From assembly GCF_001194135.2 (NCBI RefSeq), contig NC_068998.1, positions 22,894,979 through 22,958,978 of the forward strand: a stretch of 64,000 bases of DNA, read 5' to 3'. A program made the position numbers and the translations under genes. The notes beneath the pieces are model-generated. The model was not told where the DNA came from. It saw only the letters and a program-made list of their open reading frames with translations, and ran no database searches. Shown one piece after another: positions 53,150 to 64,000 of this stretch. Position 1 is the stretch's first letter. Each line of letters starts with the position of its first letter. The DNA comes from Octopus bimaculoides (taxonomy: Eukaryota).

Positions 53150-54750
53150 CAGAATACAAATGATATAGAGAATTAAAGAGGTTGACGAAAATTATTACAA
53201 ATCCAACTGGTGTTCCTGGCGGCCTGGTGGTCCAAATTAATATTTGTAGATTGATTCCATCGTAGGATGAGATGAGCTCCCTCCTTCAGGGAAGAGATCT
53301 TAAATTTGAGGTGTAAAAGGAATGAAGTTAAAAGGTGGATGGTTTTGGGGAGAGGTAAGTGTATTAGAGGGGGAAATTAGAGAAGTATTCAGATAGGGAA
53401 TAATGAGAAAAAATTGTTTTTTCAAGAGTGAAGGGTTAATAAGGAGGATAGTAGGCAGTTATAGTAGTAGCAATTGATGGTAGGAGAAAGGGGGAGGATG
53501 ATGTAAATAGCATGTAAATGGTAGTCTATTGTGTTAGCTAGTTTGTATGAAAGGTATAGAATCAATGATTGAGATAGTGAGAAAGAGAATGGCCATAGGC
53601 GAGGGAAATAAGTTGGCTGGTTTACAGACCGATGGAGATTACTGAGGTGAATAAGGAGGGGTAGACGTTGACAGGTTAGAATCCAAAATAGCGGGGCAGT
53701 ATTAAATATTTCCGGTAAAGAAGAGAAAAAAGGCTACCTTAGAGGGTGGCGAGGCTATGAGGAAAGTAGAAAATAGTGGTTTAAAAGAATTCGGAAATAT
53801 AAACGTGAGAAAGATTAATAGGGGTGTTATTTTATGTGGTAGTATGTTGCTAGGCTGACCTTGTCTTAATTGAAGGAATTTTTTTGAGTATGAATACTTA
53901 TAATTATGGGATTACATAAAAATAATAAAATGCTCGAATGATGGTTGTACCTTTGTTTACAAGAAAAAAAATTATTAAATAATGAGGGGTCGTGGTGACA
54001 TAGATGGTCAACGATTCTCTTAAACATACCTTGCATATACCTATGTTTGAATTGTATGTGGGGGATTCCTTTATTATGTACCAAAATAGGTTATATGGAA
54101 TATTTTGGCATTTAAGGTAATGTTTACTAGTTGCTAATGAGGTTGATAATTTAGAATTTGATTTGGGAAAAGCGTTCCTTTTCGCACAGTAACGGCGCTT
54201 CAAATCAACCCTCACTTAGTGAGAGCATGGTGTTAAACCATGGCACTTGCAGACTATAAGTTTACGTACATAGAAGCCAACAAGAGGGCATAGTTGAAAA
54301 ACTCGACAAATGTAGGTTTTCCTGCATGATCTGCGTTTGGAGTTTAATGCTAAGGAGGTAAAACTCCGTTGGTCCATGATTAGTGAAGAAAACCCCGAAG
54401 TGCAACCTGTAAGAATATTTGATTATTACGTAGTATCACAGCTAGTATATGTTGTTGGGTGAGTAATGCTGTGGGAAGATGCCTTTTGACTGGTCAATTT
54501 AAGAAATTCTCGGTTATGTGTTCGGGGCGGTTGAGGCCCCTATCAGTGTATATATTGTGTGTTTTGCAACAGTAAGGGGACATCCTTTTCGAACCTGTTT
54601 CCGCCAATGTAAGTGTTATACACAACCTTATTCAAGTTTAGTTGACAAGAAAAATTCTCCTTTACGGTATCACGTTGTAAATGGCTGTTTTTATTAATTT
54701 TATGTATACACATAAGCGATCTGCTAAATCATTCATAGCTTTTTATGGTG
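53150..54750 (-). mobile_element. Penelope-like element (RT thumb/linker plus GIY-YIG endonuclease plus pyrimidine-rich 3' region), decayed
   Basis: Minus strand ENFLN*PVKRHLP, RNNQI/SY.CTS, TYICRVFQLCPLVG...LIVCK (cf. CNCR..CPL.G.CL..IVYK), and DLKRRYCAKRNAF...STSLATSKHYLKCQNIPYNLFWYIIKESPTYNSNIGICKVCLRESLTI (ORF 53904-54215). Confidence 0.85.
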
Positions 54751-54869
54751 AATATATATGCTCTGATAGGCGAGCTAACCCGGAATCATCCGAACGAGCT
54801 GGCCTTATTGAAGATGGCAACGACAATAGCCGAATTTGACCGACCCGTCTAAGGATGTTTGTCCTTTCG

Positions 54870-56340
<1,471 letters not shown>

Positions 56341-56644
56341 AATAACAACAACAACACCAACTAACCCTAAATTTCCCCAAACGAAGCAGACGATATGTTT
56401 CTAAAAAGTTTACGTATTTAAGGGGAATCATACTGATTCTTGAAAATAATCTTACATCTTAGATGACGTTTCACTCTCCCTAGTGCACGTTTTCCTGGAG
56501 AATAACTCATAATACATAAAGAAGTTCAACTGCGTAATCCATGTTAGATCACAGACGGGGATTAGTGAGAATATAGAGCTTATGGTACTGCCATTCCGTG
56601 AAACATAATATTAGTTATCGTTTCTAGGGATATTATATGGTGTC

Positions 56645-57035
56645 TAGTGAGAAGCACCGTGGGTATCTTCTACTATAGCTTCGGACTGACCAAAGTTTGG
56701 CGAGTAGATTTGATACATGAAAATTGAAAGAAGCCTGTCTTATACATCTATATATGTATGTGAGTCTGTGTGTGTGTGCGTATGTTTGTGTGCGTGAGTG
56801 TGTGTGCGTGTGTGTGCGTGTGTGTGCGTTTGGGTGCGAGTGAGCGTGTTACTGCCTGTATATCTCCCCTGCCTCTTGGAAATCGTGTTGGTGTGTTTAT
56901 AGGCCTCCACTTAGCTTAGAAAAATTACCAGGCTTAACATAATATACTGGAGCGATTCATTTGACTAAAGCTTTCTTCAGTGAGTTGCCCTAGCATGGCT
57001 GCAGTCAAATGGCTGCAACAAATAAAACCAAAGAT
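56645..57035 (+). mobile_element. tRNA-derived SINE, CORE-like family, 5'-truncated, with internal (GT)n
   Basis: gtatcttctactatagcttcggactgaccaaagtttggcgagtagatttg...aattgaaagaagcc, a (GT) tract, gttggtgtgttta, and a 3' end cctagcatggctgcagtcaaatggctgcaacaaataaa. Confidence 0.75.
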
Positions 57036-60000
57036 CATATCAGTAGGCCCAGGCGTCCCCTGAGGATTCCACCGACATGCCTCGTCACATTGTGATTGAA
57101 AGATGCATGCATGTGACAATCATAGCAGATGCGTGTGAAAGCGAGCGTGCCGAAAATTATGGTCTCACTAAATGCTACCATATCCTCACCTTGTAAGCGA
57201 AATAACTTTCTGTCCACTTTATTAGTAGATATAAAGCTTTTTACCCAATGCAAATCAAGACATGCAAATTGATATACCCACTTCTCAAGAAACCCGTGTT
57301 TTTATGAAGGAAGTGAAATTCTCCAGTAATCCTTGTCATCTACCCTGCTCTTTACGTCGTGTATTGAGGTATCTTGTTTAATTTTATCATCACTAAACCA
57401 TTATATTTCCAATGTCACAGAAAATGTCTATGATTTTACTGAATTTTTTCAATAGTTATTTCAATGAGAGGTCAGTTAGTGGTAAGAAATGTTTTGCTTT
57501 CTCCGATATCACACATATTTTACTAATTGTTCTTGATGTATTTTTATTCGTAAGATTTACTTAATAGTGTTGGTTTTAATTGTTTTTCTCTTCTATCAAT
57601 GTGGAAAGATGCTTGCAGGTTAATATGTATACAGTCTTCATTTGATCGACCCGGCCTTTTCATTTGAATTCCTTATACTTTTTAGTTTGGACGCACAACA
57701 AATTCACTTTGTGGTTATTTAGGATTTAGGAGGCATAGGTTTGTATTTGTATGCATTTTAGACTATGTCTGAGTTTGCAGTAAGGAGGGAAACATTGGGA
57801 TTCTGTTTTAGTAGCCGAAGTTGTCATGGCGATTGTTTAGGTATTGTTATTGTTCTATTGCTGGTGTTTTAAGACTTGATGTTAACACTGCAGCTGATGC
57901 AGTTATTGCAACTAATGTTGTAACTCTTGGCACGATGGTATGTGTTGCAAAATAACAAACATTGTTACCGAATTAAAGATGGAGTGTTTTTGTCACCAAC
58001 CTAATAGAGAAAATCTTACACACTCTCTATTACACGTGGCATTAACATCGTTGATTGTGTTGTTGATGTTACTCCTGGTGTTGTCTCATCTATGTTACTG
58101 TTTTGTAGGTATTTATTGGAGTAATGTTTCATCCAATCCAAAGTCTAAAAAACATGTCGATATTTCTCAGTGTCACATGTATGACACATTCTCCTACCTC
58201 CAGAAATGGATTAATAAATATACCGTCCAAAATGTGCGTAAAAATGAAAGTAAAACCACTGTGGTGGTTGTAGTGGGGTATCGAGAACAATAATTTATAG
58301 TAATATTTAAAATTAAATGTAAATAAAAAATATTTTGTAGAGAGGACTACAATAAATGCTCCTTCGTTTTTTAACTGACTGATTCACAACACATATTTAT
58401 CTAATTAGTTTGGGCGGCTGCAGGGAATCATATACGATATATAGACTATGATGCTTAATGAAACAGAAAACTATGACGTGTCTGCACGTCATGGTGTATG
58501 ATCAGGTCCTGTGCCCATTGCATTTTATATATGTATACAAATATATATATATATTTATATATATATATATATATGTATNNNNNNNNNNNNNNNNNNNNNN
58601 NNNNNNNNNNNNNNNNNNNNNNNNNNNNNNNNNNNNNNNATATATATATATATATATTACCCCACTGTATTTTGTTTAGAAATATTCATTTACAGGATCA
58701 CTTAGTTCTCATTGTTAATGACGTAAATCTAATTTGTTAAGCTTAATTTGATTTATTCTATCGAAAATACTAGCGACGGCCTTAGAGAATTTCTATTTAG
58801 TCACTCCATTGCATTATTAAACCATTTAAAATGCCTGCATTGTTAATAACTCAACAACCGGAAGAAAAGAAGTTTTGGAAAAATAAAATTCCGTCTCACA
58901 GAATTTCATAGTTATCAAATATAGAATCAGCGACAATTTTAACTTCACCGTGAAATCAACGCATTCAGAGAGAATGCATATATTAAAATGTTTGCGATGA
59001 AGACGGAAGATAGACCACTAAATACGCTCGTCTTAGACATAGAACAATGCCATTACTCTTTTGGGGGGGGGGAGTTAAAGTCATACACTAGCCGATAATA
59101 AATTACAAAATTCGATTTGCAAGAGAATTGTCTGAAAATATTTCTTTAAACATTTTAGACCTACAAATTTAAAATACTGGGTATATTTAAAACCCCATTG
59201 GGGTCATATGAAGATAAATGGTGTAAATATTTTGTGTCTACCAGTGCTACTAATAGGCATGTAACTTTAAGGAATAAACAGTCATTTAAGATGAAAATAC
59301 ATATATAAAAGGAAAACAACAGAACAAGTAGAAATAAATAATATAACGCAGTTGATTACTGCAAAGAACCTGGTAATATATGTCTGTTGGCCTATACATA
59401 TTCAGGGATATTCGGTTTCCTTCTTATTCTACCTTTAAGTCAAAGATACTAGTTTGTCACACGATATCATACAGGTTCCTGCAGGCAATTACGTTTAAAC
59501 ACCCTTCTCCGCCAAATACTCAGCTATTTTCACGTCAATTCAATGTGCCTAGGATTTTAGTTGGTAGAAAACTGAAGTTTCGACAGTGAAACCGATATAT
59601 GAGCGTGTTCGTGTATGAATATGTATACCTAACGATCAATATATATATATATAGTCACCCTTGCATACATCAAAATATTTTTCTTCTTGGTTATTTTATG
59701 CGGTGTTACTTAGCGGATTGGTTTTATACACACCCGATTCTTATATATATATATCTTAGCTACTGGTGGGATTCCGCGTTTACGGAGTTTTAGTATGGAG
59801 TTCTCCGGGAACATGTTTCATATTGGGGCCCCATCTATAGCTGGTCTTCTGGGTACTACTGTACTCCTGAACAAATCATTTCATGATTTGTTTCTGAGAA
59901 ACGCTTGTGGAGAAGGGCCAAATGTATTTTGTTTTTGCATCAGTTTTTTAATATAAAGAATTTAGTCTTAATCTGTAATTTCAGACATCTCGTTTCTTGT

Positions 60001-60364
60001 CTAGCACATAAGACACGTAATATCGAGAACTATGGTTACAAAACTGAAGACATCTAACCATCTATATATTATCAAAAATGAACTTCAGTCATGCTTATTT
60101 ATTCTTTCAAAATCGGCGCATAAAGTGCTTCTGAAATTTGAACACAAACAGATAAATCAAGTTACACGTTGTTTCTGGGCGAAGGTTCCCATAACATTCC
60201 AAGCAGACAACTGAACAGGGAGTTCTCACCCTTTTATTTCTCTCTTCCTAAAACCATTACAGGTGGCGGTAACTACGCTATTACACATGTCTTCGCGGCG
60301 TACAGCATTTCATGATTTCAAGATAAGATTTCATTTCTTACAACATTATTTGTCGCTTTAAGGG

Positions 60365-60880
60365 AGTTTTCTTTCAAAACCACTTTCTTTCTACAAGCGT
60401 TCTTATTTGTTTTAACGCATTACTTTCATTTCGCCAGTTAAGCTACAAAGAAAAAGTTCAGATTTTCATTTCTTCAAAACTTCATTTTTCGTCTTCTTGC
60501 TAAAACTCCTTCTTTCTTCAAGCGTTCTTATTTAACTCATATTTTCTTCATTTCCTTTCAGAAACACTTACTTTCTACAAGTCTTCTGATGTGTTTCAAG
60601 TCATTACTGTCATTTCGTCAGTTAAGCTAAAACTAAAAAAAAAAAGGTTCAGATTTTCATTTCTCCAAAACGTTTTTCGTTTTCTTTCAAAAACACTATC
60701 TTTCTACAAGCGTTCTTATTTGGATTTAACTTATTACTTTCATTTCGTCAGTTGAGCTACAAAAAACAACAACTCATATTTCTTTCATAAATTCTGACGT
60801 GAACACGATACATTTCGTTCTGCAAGCTTTCTTATGTTTTTGAAGTTATTAACTTTCTATTTCTCTTAGCCTACAACGAA
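60365..60880. repeat. Degenerate tandem minisatellite (recurrent ctttctacaagcgttcttattt...ttactttcatttcgtcagttaagcta...gttcagattttcatttct)
   Basis: The motif t(t/c)(t/c)acaagcgttcttattt recurs near 60390, 60517 and 60703. cagttaagcta/cagttgagcta recurs near 60435, 60619 and 60749. Confidence 0.8.
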
Positions 60881-60989
60881 CATTTTCATTTCGGAAGTTA
60901 AACTGATTTACAAAGAATATCTATTTAGAAATCTTATTCTTACTTCATGCTTTGAGGAGGAAGAAAAGAAAACATTTGGTTGGTCTCAA

Positions 60990-61580
60990 GCATCCATGCC
61001 CAGACCACAGGAATAAGATAAATCAGTTCAATGCCCAAATAAAGATCCAGGGGGCATCAATTGTTGCTGAAACACATTATCCACAGTCCCAATTGCTCTA
61101 ACAATTCGCCGTGATCGAAACATAGAATATGCAGGAAGTGGTACCCTAAGCCTTTCAAATATAACGTCATAATAGGTAGTTCTCTACAATATGAAACTAT
61201 TAAAACTGTTCAACTTCCACCTAAATGTAGAGATATGCTCTTCCGTCAAATCAATCAAATATGTTATCAGATATACCATGAAGGGCAGTGATGAGGCAAT
61301 ATTTGGACCGAACAGGGGAAACGAATTATCAGAGAATAATAATTAATTTATCCGAAGGTGAGAATGTCCTTTACAGCGAAGCCAATTTCCAACTCAATCA
61401 TGCTTCGCTATGACAATTCATAAAGCACAAAGACAAACTATGGACTACGTCTTGATTTATCTGGAACGACCTGTATGCCAACACGGTCAACTGTATGTGG
61501 CCCTTAGCTGCGGAAAACGAAAGGAAAATGTCAGACTGTTCCTGAAGGATACCCGGTCGATTAAGAATGTTGCAACAGGG
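60990..61580 (+). mobile_element. Helitron RepHel remnant, Rep and Pif1-helicase fragments juxtaposed
   Basis: Rep: ...HQLLLKHIIHSP (cf. KHMIHGPC) and NVEICSSVKSIKYVIRYTMKGSDEAIF (61224-61304). Helicase: LQRSQFPTQSCFAMTIHKAQRQTMDYVLIYLERPVCQHGQLYVALS (from 61371; cf. QFP...FAMTINKSQGQT...HGQLYVALSR). Confidence 0.9.
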
Positions 61581-62444
61581 TCAAAATGAGAAAATATTAA
61601 TTCCGACGTCATAACGTGAAAGGAAAAGGATGATGACCTCCGGATCAGTGTTTTATAACCTGAACCATCAGTACAAAATAGTACAAAATAAAATTCCTTA
61701 GGGGAAAAGAAAGGATGTTATTATCACGAGACAAAGTTCAGATATGCTGGCAAAAAGAAACAGCACTGAATTTACAAACTGGAAAATAAAAAAATCAATA
61801 AAAGCCACATAGAGCAACGATCACATGGTTACTTCAGAAAACGAATGAAGCAACTGGCAACCGTATGTCCCAGAAATGCCTTAAGGCCAAAGCTATATCA
61901 ATTTAGTTAAATGATTTTGACTTGAAGTATCTACCAAAACTATTTCCGCATATCATATTAGAAAATAAACCCATTTGATAATGTTTATCATATATCCGTT
62001 TTCGCAATGTCATTATTTCTAATTCACAGATAAAATATGTTCACAATAGCGCCCGACGATCATCAGCGAGCAAGCGTTTTCTTTTTTTTTTCTTTTTACT
62101 TAAATCATTTGATATATGAATCTAACATTTGGATATGCTGGAGTGAACATATAGAAATTAAGACAAGATATGGTAGATTATTTGTAAGATATGGTAGATT
62201 ATTACCCAACTTAATATCATGTAATTAAATATGTTATAAACAATGTCTCTTGTAATGTTATATGCATGTATGTATATGTGTTACTTTGTGTTTGTGTATG
62301 TGTGCGTATATGCGTGTGTGTATGTTTGTACTCTTTATGCAATTTACTTAATGTAATTAACATAAGTATGCTTAATCTTTCTAACTTGTACATTGTCACA
62401 GAATTATAGCTATAAAATGCATAGTATGCATAATATCTATCTGT

Positions 62445-62493
62445 GTAACTATCTATCTATCTATCTATCTAACTATCTCAGCCTGTCTATCCG

Positions 62494-62539
<46 letters not shown>
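62445..62539. repeat. (CTAT)n/(CT)n microsatellite running into a gap
   Basis: Read directly. Confidence 0.95.
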
Positions 62540-63181
62540 NNNNNNNNNNNNNNNNNNNNNNNNNNNNNNNNNNNNNNNNNNNNNNNNNNNNNNNNNNNNN
62601 NNNNNNNNNNNNNNNNNNNNNNNNNNNNNNNNNNNNNNNNNNNNNNNNNNNNNNNNNNNNNNNNNNNNNNNNNNNNNNNNNNNNNNNNNNNNNNNNNNNN
62701 NNNNNNNNNNNNNNNNNNNNNNNNNNNNNNNNNNNNNNNNNNNNNNNNNNNNNNNNNNNNNNNNNNNNNNNNNNNNNNNNNNNNNNNNNNNNNNNNNNNN
62801 NNNNNNNNNNNNNNNNNNNNNNNNNNNNNNNNNNNNNNNNNNNNNNNNNNNNNNNNNNNNNNNNNNNNNNNNNNNNNNNNNNNNNNNNNNNNNNNNNNNN
62901 NNNNNNNNNNNNNNNNNNNNNNNNNNNNNNNNNNNNNNNNNNNNNNNNNNNNNNNNNNNNNNNNNNNNNNNNNNNNNNNNNNNNNNNNNNNNNNNNNNNN
63001 NNNNNNNNNNNNNNNNNNNNNNNNNNNNNNNNNNNNNNNNNNNNNNNNNNNNNNNNNNNNNNNNNNNNNNNNNNNNNNNNNNNNNNNNNNNNNNNNNNNN
63101 NNNNNNNNNNNNNNNNNNNNNNNNNNNNNNNNNNNNNNNNNNNNNNNNNNNNNNNNNNNNNNNNGTAAAAGAGTAAAAGAG

Positions 63182-63212
<31 letters not shown>

Positions 63213-63515
63213 ACGTTGACCGTCGTGCAAAATACCTTAAGACAAACGCCTTCATACACATACACACACTCACAAACACACACATATATATTTGTGTGTC
63301 TGTAAATAAGAATCTATAAAGAGGTGCCTGTGATGACACTGACAATGAACCAGAGATACGGAATATTTCTTTCTTTTTACACGTCTCGTATACAATCCCA
63401 CATTATATTGTTCTGTATCGTCTACCAACATTGTTTGCGAACACTGTGAATTATAAAGACATTATTATTATTATTGTTATTATTATCATTATTATTATTA
63501 TCATTATTATTATTA

Positions 63516-63692
63516 GCCGGCAAAATGCTTAGCGGCATTTCTTCCCTCTTTACGTCTAAGTTGAAATTCCGCTGAGTTCCGCATTGCATTTTATCCTATC
63601 CGGTTCGATAAATTAAGTACCAGTGAAACATTGAGGTCGATGTAATCGGCTTCTGTCATCCCCTAAATTTGCTGTCAGTGTGGCAAAATTTG
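63516..63692 (+). mobile_element. Nin/Deu-domain SINE, 5'-truncated and diverged, between (ATT)n tracts
   Basis: aaatgcttagcggcatttc...gttgaaattccgctgag...ggttcgataaattaagtaccagtgaaacattgaggtcgatgtaatcg aligns with 10818-11030. Confidence 0.8.
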
Positions 63693-63699
63693 AAACGCT

Positions 63700-63769
63700 A
63701 TTTTTATTATTAATATTATTATTATTATTATTATTATCATAATCGTCATCATCATCATCATCATCATCA

Positions 63770-63844
<75 letters not shown>

Positions 63845-63968
63845 CAGAATCCGTATCGCGATGGATCAGTTCTAGTCCTTTACTTTCCGTCTTCAAATTC
63901 TACTGTAGACTTTTTCCACAGGAGCTATAATTTGAATAATAACAATAATGATATGATGATGATGATGG

Positions 63969-64000
<32 letters not shown>
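63700..64000. repeat. (ATT)n/(CAT)n and terminal (GAT)n microsatellites
   Basis: Read directly. Confidence 0.9.

Overview
AT-rich eukaryotic genomic DNA dominated by interspersed repeats and microsatellites, with nine N-gaps (13307-13444, 14265-14513, 20768-20988, 23611-23620, 37316-37570, 52153-52298, 55204-56093, 58579-58639, 62540-63164). The tRNA-derived SINE families and the density of (AAT)n/(AC)n/(AT)n tracts best fit a coleoid cephalopod such as Octopus; this is an inference from recognised repeats, not a database result. I found no intact host gene, rRNA, tRNA or CRISPR array, so the window is probably intergenic or inside a very long intron. The recognisable coding remnants are all decayed transposons: five fragments of restriction-like-endonuclease (R4/Dong-type) non-LTR retrotransposons, a CR1/L2-type RT fragment, a Penelope-like GIY-YIG element, several Tc1/mariner relics and MITEs, a Chapaev3-like transposase, and an internally deleted Helitron. 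The most notable structures are (i) a ~940-bp foldback palindrome at 10661-11599 with a nested SINE and a hammerhead-like Penelope pLTR signature, (ii) a same-strand train of (AAT)n-embedded retroelements at 19.2-23.2 kb that includes an ORF-less 554-bp passenger, and (iii) a mariner with an internal inversion. I see no convincing evidence of a new functional biological system; the findings concern mobile-element architecture.
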